From positions 1-64,000 of the IMG/VR virus record IMGVR_UViG_3300021256_000087: a DNA stretch of 64,000 nt; one strand, given 5' to 3'. The notes below the pieces were generated by a model. That model saw only the letters and a program-made list of their open reading frames with translations. It was not told where the DNA came from and ran no database searches. This document shows positions 16,488 to 25,808 of the stretch, one piece after another. Numbering within the stretch: the first letter of the stretch is position 1; the number at the start of each line of letters is the position of its first letter. A program made the translations under genes and the position numbers. This DNA is from a virus. Lineage: Duplodnaviria > Caudoviricetes.

Positions 16488-16872
16488 AAAAGGCGGGAAA
16501 AGAATTATTACGGATCCCGTAATTCCATTACTTCCAGTGGAATTTGAACCGTCTACTATAGAGGAAGCTTTTGAATACATTAAATCTAAGAAGAAGAGTA
16601 AATACTATTCAATAGATTTCGAATTCAATAAGGTTCCAGTGATGGCTATAGATTTTGGATCATATTCAGAATTCTGTTATTTATGGGATTTAACAGAAGA
16701 AGATAAGAAAGAATTTTTGACGCCTGACAAAGAAGATCCGGCACCCGATAGTGAAGAGGTGGCGAAAAGGAGATTTGCATATAATATCTTAAGTGAATTA
16801 AAGAAGCGCAGAACTATCTCTTATGAAGAGGCTGTAGCAATCAGCAAGATACTTAAGATAGGCGGAGAATAA
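16471..16872 (+). CDS. Hypothetical protein
   Basis: Last ORF of the + strand block. Confidence 0.65.
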   Translation: MKLAFEKGGKRIITDPVIPLLPVEFEPSTIEEAFEYIKSKKKSKYYSIDFEFNKVPVMAIDFGSYSEFCYLWDLTEEDKKEFLTPDKEDPAPDSEEVAKRRFAYNILSELKKRRTISYEEAVAISKILKIGGE

Positions 16873-16970
16873 CGTAGAACGCCTCATAACGCGTTTTAAT
16901 ATGTCGTGCAGTAAAACTTATTACCATTATATGCAATGCTCCTTCTTGGGCAAAATACGAGGTCTCAGAC

Positions 16971-17010
16971 AAAAAATGCCGTACCCAGATATGTTCTGGA
17001 TACGGCATTA
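16971..17010. terminator. Terminator between the convergent early and late blocks
   Basis: ATGCCGTA-CCCAGA...TCTGGA-TACGGCAT hairpin flanked by an A-run. Confidence 0.7.
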
Positions 17011-17024
17011 CCTTATAATCACTT

Positions 17025-17924
17025 TCAAAATACCTTCTTTAAAAACAATTTAATCTTTGTCTTCATTTTATTCATAAAGGTTAAAAAAGGACATTCTATT
17101 TCCTTTCCATCCCCATAAAATTTTTCCATATATTGTTGGAACTTCATTTCCATTGTATTATCTACGGCGGCATAAGCATCTTGCATCCAAGGATATTCTT
17201 CGGGGATCCAGCATGAACCATTTATGCCGTATTCCCCTCCCCATGAATTTTTTACAAGCCACCATAGCTTTCCAGATTTATCTGTTTTCCATCCGTACAC
17301 GGCAAGAGCATGTCCGCCATCACTCATATAATCAATGGCAGGATTATAATTCACATAACCTTCCTTATCAGGATTATAGAAGCATGGAAACACCTGAATA
17401 CCAATTAATACGGCTCCGGTATTCATAATTGCTTGTTGTACTTCCTTACGGTTGCCACATTGATAATAACCATTAATTGCAAATGGTTTGGCCTTTTTCA
17501 TCCACTCTGCTTTATTCTCATTATATTTTGGCCTGAGCTCTGCCAATTTCCCGAAGTCAGGAAAATCGTGAAAGAGTATTGATCCATTCTTACCATTTCT
17601 CATAGGCGTTTTAAGATACATACCTTCCATGGATTCTTCTTCAGGGCGATTACAATAAGTGAATGCAGGACTGAGTGGAGCAGTAAGTTCGCTTTGTCCC
17701 TTTTCTCTTTCTTGCACATACCTAATAAAGTTATACGCACATGCAGCACACATCATACTACTACCCTGATCATACGTGAATTCAGAATCTTTTGTCTGAT
17801 AATTATCCGGTATTCCCTTCGGGGAAACTGCGAATACTGTATCTTTAAATTTCCAATCACGATGATCATAAGGATCTACGAGCGCACGGTTGGTGCGCCC
17901 GTATTTTTCCCTAAAGTCTGTCAT
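17025..17924 (-). CDS. Papain-like cysteine peptidase (C1 family)
   Basis: DQGSSMMCAAC (Gln/Cys), GGHALAV (His), VKNSWG (Asn). Confidence 0.88.
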   Translation of the reverse strand: MTDFREKYGRTNRALVDPYDHRDWKFKDTVFAVSPKGIPDNYQTKDSEFTYDQGSSMMCAACAYNFIRYVQEREKGQSELTAPLSPAFTYCNRPEEESMEGMYLKTPMRNGKNGSILFHDFPDFGKLAELRPKYNENKAEWMKKAKPFAINGYYQCGNRKEVQQAIMNTGAVLIGIQVFPCFYNPDKEGYVNYNPAIDYMSDGGHALAVYGWKTDKSGKLWWLVKNSWGGEYGINGSCWIPEEYPWMQDAYAAVDNTMEMKFQQYMEKFYGDGKEIECPFLTFMNKMKTKIKLFLKKVF

Positions 17925-18235
17925 CTTAAAGCCTTTCTAAGCCTTGCTTCTACATCTACCGCAGAAGTTCCTACTGCTTCAGAATCGGATGTCTTATCGT
18001 CCTTCTTAAGTGCTTCAAGTATAATCAGCACTGCTTCTGTAATAAGTTTAATAGCCTTCTCACTTACTCCATGCTTCATCACTTCAATAGCAAGAGCAAT
18101 AATTGCAATAGTAATAGACATCCATGTAGCATTAACCCCAGAGGCTTGAAGGTTCACAAGTATTGCGCTAATGGCTCCGAGTATAATGAGTATATCTGCA
18201 GTATGTGCTTTAATCCAATCAAATATTTTCTTCAT
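17921..18235 (-). CDS. Putative holin
   Basis: 104 aa, two hydrophobic segments, charged C-terminus. Confidence 0.6.
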   Translation of the reverse strand: MKKIFDWIKAHTADILIILGAISAILVNLQASGVNATWMSITIAIIALAIEVMKHGVSEKAIKLITEAVLIILEALKKDDKTSDSEAVGTSAVDVEARLRKALR

Positions 18236-18236
18236 A

Positions 18237-18554
18237 TCAGTCGTCCTTTCTTTTTAGTTCTTGTTTGATCTCCTCTATATCTTTTTCTATAAGTGATTGT
18301 TTGGTCTCACACTTATACATACGCTCAATAACGGAATTGTGTTTCTTCACTTCATCAGTAAGATTCCTAATCCGTTCATCAGTAAGTGCCATAGCCTTAC
18401 CGGTTTCAGCACTAAATTTATTAAACGTCTCCCTTTGTTCATCCCTAATCTTATTCATCTGAGATATCGTATTAATGACTCCTACGATTATTGCAGATGC
18501 AGCACCGATAATTCCTGTAATAATACTTCCTACGACTGGATCCACGAGATGCAC
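18237..18554 (-). CDS. Putative holin (XhlA-like)
   Basis: N-terminal TM then coiled coil LTDEVKKHNSVIERMY. Confidence 0.65.
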   Translation of the reverse strand: MHLVDPVVGSIITGIIGAASAIIVGVINTISQMNKIRDEQRETFNKFSAETGKAMALTDERIRNLTDEVKKHNSVIERMYKCETKQSLIEKDIEEIKQELKRKDD

Positions 18555-18608
18555 CTCCTTTCTGAAATTATGTATAAAAATAGGAGAGTGTTTCCACCCT
18601 CCGTATTT

Positions 18609-18929
18609 TTATTTAATTCTTTCATACATCCCCACTATTTCGTCGGGAGATATGTCCGTGCTTTTAATCATGTTCATCATGTCATCATACTTTTGTTCAG
18701 AAAGATTACTCTTACGTTCGAAATATGTTTCAACAAAGCTCTTGATCATATAACCAAGCGATGTGCCAAGTATTATCGTACACACATTGTTAGATAATGA
18801 TTCTAACGTGTCAGCTATGCCAGTCTTAAGTAACTGGATTGTAGCAAGCACATAGCTCCATGAAATCCATATTACCGCACAAACCGTAAGCCACTTCACA
18901 AAACTTTTTGTAAATTGTATAAATTTCAT
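18609..18929 (-). CDS. Two-TM membrane protein of the lysis module
   Basis: ATG 18929 after AGGAGG; two hydrophobic helices. Confidence 0.6.
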   Translation of the reverse strand: MKFIQFTKSFVKWLTVCAVIWISWSYVLATIQLLKTGIADTLESLSNNVCTIILGTSLGYMIKSFVETYFERKSNLSEQKYDDMMNMIKSTDISPDEIVGMYERIK

Positions 18930-18940
18930 ATATGCCTCCT

Positions 18941-21900
18941 TTACGATACTGCCCAAGTAGGCCAAGGGGTAGGTACATTATAGAACGCATAGTTTCTATT
19001 AACACTTGTCATCGTTTTTATCGAGCTCCAGTTGTCAAGAACGGCTGCATCTGTAATAGAAGAACAACCATGGAACATATAAACCATATTAGTGAGACTT
19101 TGTATATTCCAATTTTTGATAGGATCGACAGAAAGAAGCGACGAACATCCTTGAAACATATCTGACATATTAGTGCAATTTGCTACGTACCAATATTCAA
19201 TTGCTGATATATCCACGAGAGCAGTACATCCATAAAACAGATATGCAAGGCTTGAACATCGAGCAACGTTAAATCCTGCAAGACCATTTAAATTTATCAA
19301 TGAAGAACATCCATAAAAAGCATTAGAGATATTAGTAAGTTGCGCAGTGATCCAATTTTGTAAAGCACTAAACGATGTTATACTATTACAATTATAAAAT
19401 AAATTACTTACATTAGTAACTTGATAAGGATTCCAACCAGATATTGCACTAAGATCTGTTAGTGAGGTACATCCGTAGAACACGGAAGCAAGTTGATTCA
19501 TTCCAGAAATATCAATCACTTGAAGCCCATTTAAAGATGTCAAAGAGGAGCAGCCTTGAAACATATAATTTATATTAGAAGATGTAAATGTTGTATTTGC
19601 TAATCCACTAACATCCGTCAGCGATGAACAGTTTGCAAATAATGACGTACCATTCTTAATTGTACATCCATCTAGCCCATCAAGATTTATTAGAGCAGAA
19701 CATCCATTAAAACTTGTGCTTGTAGAAAATTTACATCCCTCTAATCCCGATAAAGACGTCAGAGCCGTGCAGTTTTTCAAATTAACTTCGACTTGTTTTG
19801 TCGTAGATATTTTTCCAGATAATACACTTATCGACGACAATAACGTACAACCTTCAAATGAATAATAAATACATGCCGATAAATCCCAATTACTTAAAAA
19901 TGATAAATTTGATATCTTAGTGGTTGGCATTTGTATTTCGGTAAACATACTATTCCAATTTGCAAGTGAAGAATAATCTGTAGCCGGTATATTATCAAAC
20001 GCTCTCGCAAAGGTCGCTCCACTAAGGGGCCAAATTATTCTAGCTAATCCTGATAAATTTGTGAGATATGAGCAATTAGAAAATGTCGATTCTAAATTTT
20101 TTACACGCAACCCCTCATCCGGAATGAAATCAACATTAGTGATTGCAGTATTACTCAGAAAGCTACTTAGCTCGATTGGGTTCATCCCCATATTTTCTTT
20201 TAATTTAGTGAATAACACTTTTAATCTATCTACATTTGATAAACTCGTACAACCATAAAACAATGATGTCAATGAACGATTTGTTGTGCCTTGCGCCGGA
20301 CTCGTATTGAAATAATCAAGATTTGAAATATCAGTTAATGCAGCGCAATTGCGAAACACACTTGAACTTCCGAGGCTTATTCTAATTTTGGGAGCCGTTA
20401 TGACTTGAGTGTTCTGAAACATACGGCTATAATTATAATACGCCCATTGTTGGTTTACACGCGAACCGCTTTTATAATAATAATTGTAATGTATTCCTAT
20501 CGACCATTTGTTTACAACTGATACGTTCACTAAAGAAGTGCACATATTAAACATATCGCTAGGGTCAAAAGGATCACTTATTACAATCATTTCAGATATA
20601 TCTGTCAGCCTAGAACTATTCTGTAATGAAAATTTTCTTAATCCAAATGGTAGTCCAGATATTTTCACTATATTGTTACTCGGAGTCGATTCTACTCTTG
20701 TATAGGCAGTTACACTATTTGATATAGAATTAAGAGGATATACAAACAAATAGTTATCAGGATACAAACGACATTGTATTGTCGTACTTGTGGTGGAAGT
20801 ATATGTTCCCGAACTTGAATTCCAAGTGTAATCGTAAGGCGATCCAACTACAGAATATGAATTACCATGATCTTCTACAATTATCTTTTGTTTATAATCA
20901 TATCCGCCTACTGTAATCTTCAATGTATGCGTTCCAACAGTATCGAAAACTTGACCTTCGGTAACTAATTCATCGTCCAAATATACTTCGTTTAAATTAA
21001 GACCGCTCATGGTCATCATCTGATATTGAGTATAAGCGGATCCAAGAGGGACATGAGTATGACAAAAGAAAATAGGACTTCCATTTGGAGCCACCCATTC
21101 GTCAGCGTCGTCATTTATAATAGCTTGTTCGAAATCATTGTGAGTGGTGCCGTAGTGTATAATTACATTTGAAGGTTCCTCGTTCCACCCTAACTCGCTA
21201 TAATTAAGAGCGTCTGTATATATTTCTCCAGTTGTAATATTCATGGTGCGACGTGAGTCCAATATAAACGTTGAGGGTATCCAAACTATTTTTGTATAGT
21301 CCAAACCGTAGTTTGCCATATATGCCCATTGATCAGATGTATAATCCGCATTTAATGTATTTACTGAAGAGTAATCTACGTATTTTGCCTTACCGGTTTT
21401 TGTATTTACATCCACATCTGTGCAGATTTTATTTGGCATATTAACACGTGTCGCTGTTAATCCGTTAAACAATTGATTTCCGTTATTTATATTTAACTCA
21501 GCGTTGCTCCAGTCTAATAATTCAACGGCGGTATTTTCAAATATTCGGATATTACTATACACACTCAAATCAAAAGTATTGTTGGTAATATCTGGCAATA
21601 TCAATGTGTGAATTTTAGCATTCCCAAATATACACAAGGGATAGATAAACATCATAATTGCCTTATAAAAATGAAAACTAGAAAGATCTAGTGTACCGTC
21701 TGTAATAAAATTATTAAACATACCAGATACATTATATCCTTCTGGAAAAGTATTGTTATTTGAGAATCTTAAATCATGAATATTTGCATAGGAAAATAAC
21801 GTTTCCCACGTACCGTGTTCTGCATTTCCATACGGAGCATTGGATGCATTGGCTCCCAAATCCCAATCTGATATATCTAATATATTTGTATTAAGACCAC

Positions 21901-22819
21901 TAAATAATGATTTTTGATAAGAAGTATTTGGTTCAATAGCTTCGGGCAACTGAAAATGAAATCCTCTTAAATCTAGATTGGGAACTGTCATATTGCTAAA
22001 TAGTCCTGAGATATCTTTGACATTAGAAACATCTAATGTATTAGGAAATACGAATGTTTGTAATGACGTGCCCGCAAACATATAACTCATATCTTCAACA
22101 TTAGACGTATCAAATCCTGAAACGTCTATTTCGTCTAGTGAAGTATTTCGGAACATATTTTGCATATTCACTACATTAGAGGTATCAAATCCAGAATAAT
22201 CTATTTCATCATAAGAGGTATTGTAAAATATATTGCCTATATCTTCCACCAAAGATGTGTCAAAATGAGACAAGTCTAATGTAGTTCCCGAAGTACCTTG
22301 AAACATACCATGCATGTTAGTGACAAGAGACGTATTAAAATTTGATATATCTATATTTGCTTCAACATTTTTAAACATGTTACTCATATTTGTAACTTTA
22401 GATGTATCAAAGCTACTTATGTCTAATTGTTCGACGGAACTATCACAGAACATATTTTCCATTGTCTCTACCTTAGACGTATCAAAATGAGACAAATCTA
22501 ATTCCGTAGCCTTACTACTGTTAAACATAAAACTCATATCTGTAACCTTAGAGGTATTAAACACGTCAAGTCCTAATATAGTTTCAGACATACAATTATC
22601 GAACATGGATCGCATAGTTGTAACTTTTGATGTATTAAAATTTCTTAAATCTAAAGTCTCAGGTAGTTGATAATTTGCCCCCGAAAACATATTACTCATA
22701 TCAATACAATTATCGGTACGTATATAAGGTATTACTTTATATCTCCATGTTAGGTGATTATAACCCTCGAGCGTGATTTTATTACTTCCAGTATGAGAAG
22801 GAATATATACTTGTCCCAT
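18941..22819 (-). CDS. DUF285/BspA-type leucine-rich repeat protein, probable tail adhesin
   Basis: Two blocks of ~25-aa repeats (LDLSHFDTSKVETMENMF; LTDLSAISGWN...MF.GC); lies after the tail genes. Confidence 0.8.
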   Translation of the reverse strand: MGQVYIPSHTGSNKITLEGYNHLTWRYKVIPYIRTDNCIDMSNMFSGANYQLPETLDLRNFNTSKVTTMRSMFDNCMSETILGLDVFNTSKVTDMSFMFNSSKATELDLSHFDTSKVETMENMFCDSSVEQLDISSFDTSKVTNMSNMFKNVEANIDISNFNTSLVTNMHGMFQGTSGTTLDLSHFDTSLVEDIGNIFYNTSYDEIDYSGFDTSNVVNMQNMFRNTSLDEIDVSGFDTSNVEDMSYMFAGTSLQTFVFPNTLDVSNVKDISGLFSNMTVPNLDLRGFHFQLPEAIEPNTSYQKSLFSGLNTNILDISDWDLGANASNAPYGNAEHGTWETLFSYANIHDLRFSNNNTFPEGYNVSGMFNNFITDGTLDLSSFHFYKAIMMFIYPLCIFGNAKIHTLILPDITNNTFDLSVYSNIRIFENTAVELLDWSNAELNINNGNQLFNGLTATRVNMPNKICTDVDVNTKTGKAKYVDYSSVNTLNADYTSDQWAYMANYGLDYTKIVWIPSTFILDSRRTMNITTGEIYTDALNYSELGWNEEPSNVIIHYGTTHNDFEQAIINDDADEWVAPNGSPIFFCHTHVPLGSAYTQYQMMTMSGLNLNEVYLDDELVTEGQVFDTVGTHTLKITVGGYDYKQKIIVEDHGNSYSVVGSPYDYTWNSSSGTYTSTTSTTIQCRLYPDNYLFVYPLNSISNSVTAYTRVESTPSNNIVKISGLPFGLRKFSLQNSSRLTDISEMIVISDPFDPSDMFNMCTSLVNVSVVNKWSIGIHYNYYYKSGSRVNQQWAYYNYSRMFQNTQVITAPKIRISLGSSSVFRNCAALTDISNLDYFNTSPAQGTTNRSLTSLFYGCTSLSNVDRLKVLFTKLKENMGMNPIELSSFLSNTAITNVDFIPDEGLRVKNLESTFSNCSYLTNLSGLARIIWPLSGATFARAFDNIPATDYSSLANWNSMFTEIQMPTTKISNLSFLSNWDLSACIYYSFEGCTLLSSISVLSGKISTTKQVEVNLKNCTALTSLSGLEGCKFSTSTSFNGCSALINLDGLDGCTIKNGTSLFANCSSLTDVSGLANTTFTSSNINYMFQGCSSLTSLNGLQVIDISGMNQLASVFYGCTSLTDLSAISGWNPYQVTNVSNLFYNCNSITSFSALQNWITAQLTNISNAFYGCSSLINLNGLAGFNVARCSSLAYLFYGCTALVDISAIEYWYVANCTNMSDMFQGCSSLLSVDPIKNWNIQSLTNMVYMFHGCSSITDAAVLDNWSSIKTMTSVNRNYAFYNVPTPWPTWAVS

Positions 22820-22820
22820 T

Positions 22821-24980
22821 TTAATCACCTCCTATCGCTTGTAAGAAATCATCATGAGTACTATTAAGATGTAGCCGATATCCATAAGGTTCTGCTTTAG
22901 TATATATGTGTGAAAATTTCCATCCTTGCTCTTCAACGCTGATAGCATTTGTATAAATATCTATGATACATCCCTCATTCGCACCTCCATAAAACATGGT
23001 ATTATCATATCCAATGGGATTGTATAATGTATTAGGAATATAAGCTATTTTATTGACGCTAGTGCTTGAATATTCGCTTATTAACATACAGTTTGTTATA
23101 TCGTCTCTCGATCTAGGTATAACCCATCCGTCGAAGTCAACTGATCCCGCGAATCCAGATATTCCATATATATAAGTCACATTGGATAAATCCCAATTTC
23201 TTATATCAAGATTCCCGTTTAAAGAACTAGCGATGCCATTTATTCTAGTAAGATTATCAGTATCCAAATTACTAAGGTTAAAATTTCCTGTGCAATTTTG
23301 CAATAAATACGAAATACTTTGGAGTTGACCAACGTTCCAATTACTTAAATCATAAGACCCATATGTGCTATAAAATAAATATTCCATTTCTTGAACATCT
23401 GATACATCGATTTTGTCTAAGTTATATAAGACCGGAGAATGGCCACTGTATCCATAACAAAAATAACTCATTTTGTTCGAAAATTTTATTCCCGTATTGG
23501 GGAAATATATCGCTCCAAGAGAACATCCGTATCCCATGAATCCATAAGAATATGTACAGACACCATCAACAACCAATCCTCTCATATCTAAATACGTATC
23601 GTTCCAATCGGATCCATAATATGTACAATATATAAAATTGTTTAATCTGCCAGAATTTCCCATATGCAACACTGAATTCTCAAACGTTATCTGAACAGGA
23701 TAAGAACCAGATATAAAATTAGAAAAATCGCTAGCGTAAATCGTACTGTTTTTAATTAGATATGATGTCGTGCCAAGATCAGAAGCTTGAGGGGATATAA
23801 AATATCCTAAGCGATTTACTGCTGTGGGAAATGTTAACTCCAAAATATGATTAATTGCTTTATCATAATATGTCAATCCAAATTGGCTGTAACTCGTAAT
23901 ATTTGGAGATAAAGAAGTTTTTAAATGCATTTCAGGAGTTTGGCATCCATAAAAGGGGTAATGACTATATGAAGTTTCTCCTGAGAAATCTAATGTAGAA
24001 AAATCAGTTTCTCCTAAAACAGTATTATAAAACATGTTATCTCCGTTCGAGATAATAACATCTTCAAAACAAGACAAATCCAATCCACTATCCGGCATTT
24101 TTATATATGCAAACATATAAGAAGTATCTAAGCCCGATGATTCCATTTTCATATTATCAAAGACAAAATTAGGTTCAATATCGTTATTCATCCATTGATA
24201 AAACATATACGATGCATTTACAATAGATGGAAATACGCAATCGGATAAATCAATTGTTACTTGCACCGATTCATTTGAAAGGGGGCCCGCCGAATTATTG
24301 AACATACCATACGCATTTTGCAGCAATGTAAAAGATACTCCTGATAAATCTATGGTAGGAATACTGCTTGAATAAAACATTTGTGCCGCATTTACAACAT
24401 TCGAAAAATCTAATGTATTTAATCCTGTGACAATAGGAATGCGAGCAGAATTAAACATATTACTTACATCTGTGATAGTTGAAATATCAAACCCAGTTAA
24501 ATCTAACGATGGGAGAGAAGCATTGTAAAACATGCCCGCAAGGCTTGTTAAATTTGACACGTCCAATGTAGCCAATCTAAGACCTTGGACTATATTCGCC
24601 CCATTAAACATATTTGCCGGAAGACTATAGAATTGGGCTCCTGTAAAATCAACCGAGTTAAATGTTCCGCTCAATAAATTTATCGCTGTAGTTTGAGCAC
24701 CAATAACTAATCCATCAAGAGACAAATCTCCTCCGGTAACATTTTGGAACATATAATTCATATTAGTTACAGATTCACTATTTATTTCACTTAGATCAAA
24801 ATCATAGGCCTTAGAATAACTAAATAAATAACTCCAGTCTTCGGCGTTATCCATCGTGGAGAAATCTGTATTTTTTATAAATTCTTCTTCCCACCTATCA
24901 CCTCTTTCTCCTATTTCAAGGCCATATTGTGGAATAAGACTTTTTCTTTCAATAGGAGGGCGTATATAAATAACTCCCAT
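22821..24980 (-). CDS. Second DUF285/BspA-type LRR protein
   Basis: Repeats such as LDVSNLTSLAGMFY, FDISTITDVSNMFN, WNVGQLQSISYL. Confidence 0.75.
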   Translation of the reverse strand: MGVIYIRPPIERKSLIPQYGLEIGERGDRWEEEFIKNTDFSTMDNAEDWSYLFSYSKAYDFDLSEINSESVTNMNYMFQNVTGGDLSLDGLVIGAQTTAINLLSGTFNSVDFTGAQFYSLPANMFNGANIVQGLRLATLDVSNLTSLAGMFYNASLPSLDLTGFDISTITDVSNMFNSARIPIVTGLNTLDFSNVVNAAQMFYSSSIPTIDLSGVSFTLLQNAYGMFNNSAGPLSNESVQVTIDLSDCVFPSIVNASYMFYQWMNNDIEPNFVFDNMKMESSGLDTSYMFAYIKMPDSGLDLSCFEDVIISNGDNMFYNTVLGETDFSTLDFSGETSYSHYPFYGCQTPEMHLKTSLSPNITSYSQFGLTYYDKAINHILELTFPTAVNRLGYFISPQASDLGTTSYLIKNSTIYASDFSNFISGSYPVQITFENSVLHMGNSGRLNNFIYCTYYGSDWNDTYLDMRGLVVDGVCTYSYGFMGYGCSLGAIYFPNTGIKFSNKMSYFCYGYSGHSPVLYNLDKIDVSDVQEMEYLFYSTYGSYDLSNWNVGQLQSISYLLQNCTGNFNLSNLDTDNLTRINGIASSLNGNLDIRNWDLSNVTYIYGISGFAGSVDFDGWVIPRSRDDITNCMLISEYSSTSVNKIAYIPNTLYNPIGYDNTMFYGGANEGCIIDIYTNAISVEEQGWKFSHIYTKAEPYGYRLHLNSTHDDFLQAIGGD

Positions 24981-24981
24981 A

Positions 24982-25542
24982 TTAATACCCCCTCATAAGC
25001 GCCACTGAAAATGTAATGGGTGGTTTATTTTCTAATGCATACCAAGTTATGGTTCCATCTCCGGTTATACCATAATCTAATCTACTCGCTGCTTGTCCAA
25101 TAGTTATATTATCCGAAGGCGTATTAGATGGAACATATCCTAAATATATCATTTTATCTAAAGATGTAATCCCAGCAACATTTACTGTATTAGTGTACGG
25201 TGCAACGTTTGACCATCCGCTTGCCGGTATTGTGACGTTTATAATCGCAAAGTTTGCAAGGATACCACTTACTGTACCGTCTGCATATTCAGATATATCT
25301 GTGTTACCTATTTTCGTGTTTGTTTGAGCTACTTTATTATCAACAGCAAGTATTGCACCGCTTGGAGTTCCGTCTCCAAGTGACGAAATATTGTTGTCTC
25401 CATTAATCTGTCTTGTTAAATTTCCTACAGTTATATTTCTTGTTCCATATGTGGAAGAATCCAGTGTTAACTCTTCATCCGAGTAAGCCGTATTAATATC
25501 TGTATGATCTTTAAGTCTACGTGTTTCTATATCAACGGGCAT
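24982..25542 (-). CDS. Tail/baseplate accessory protein
   Basis: Position after Tal; IPASGWSNVAPYTNTVNVAGIT motif typical of phage tail proteins. Confidence 0.55.
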   Translation of the reverse strand: MPVDIETRRLKDHTDINTAYSDEELTLDSSTYGTRNITVGNLTRQINGDNNISSLGDGTPSGAILAVDNKVAQTNTKIGNTDISEYADGTVSGILANFAIINVTIPASGWSNVAPYTNTVNVAGITSLDKMIYLGYVPSNTPSDNITIGQAASRLDYGITGDGTITWYALENKPPITFSVALMRGY

Positions 25543-25575
25543 ATCAATTCCTCCTTTCTATAAAATAGGGAGGAG

Positions 25576-25791
25576 TCACTCGGACTCCTCCTCCTTGTCA
25601 GGTGCTTGATCTTCTTGTTGAAATTCTTTTACAACAGAAGAATTAAGTTGTGCATAATAAGTTTTTTCCACCTTCCACTGAAGATCATTTACGATTAAGT
25701 TAATAACCCCAATAGGAAGATTAGAATCGTTTATATCTTTAACGAGCTGCTGTTTAAGATTTTCTATTACTATATTTACATTGTTTTCCAT
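25576..25791 (-). CDS. Hypothetical protein
   Basis: 71-aa ORF in the tail module. Confidence 0.6.
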   Translation of the reverse strand: MENNVNIVIENLKQQLVKDINDSNLPIGVINLIVNDLQWKVEKTYYAQLNSSVVKEFQQEDQAPDKEEESE

Positions 25792-25808
25792 ATTTTCTTT
25801 TTACTCCT

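Noticed and set aside
16873-16970. Intergenic motif AACGCCTCATAACGCGTTTTAAT as an origin or packaging site
   Set aside because: Single copy with no iterons or clear symmetry; nothing in the sequence supports a function.
18941-24980. Diversity-generating retroelement target
   Set aside because: No reverse transcriptase and no template/variable repeat pair seen in the window.
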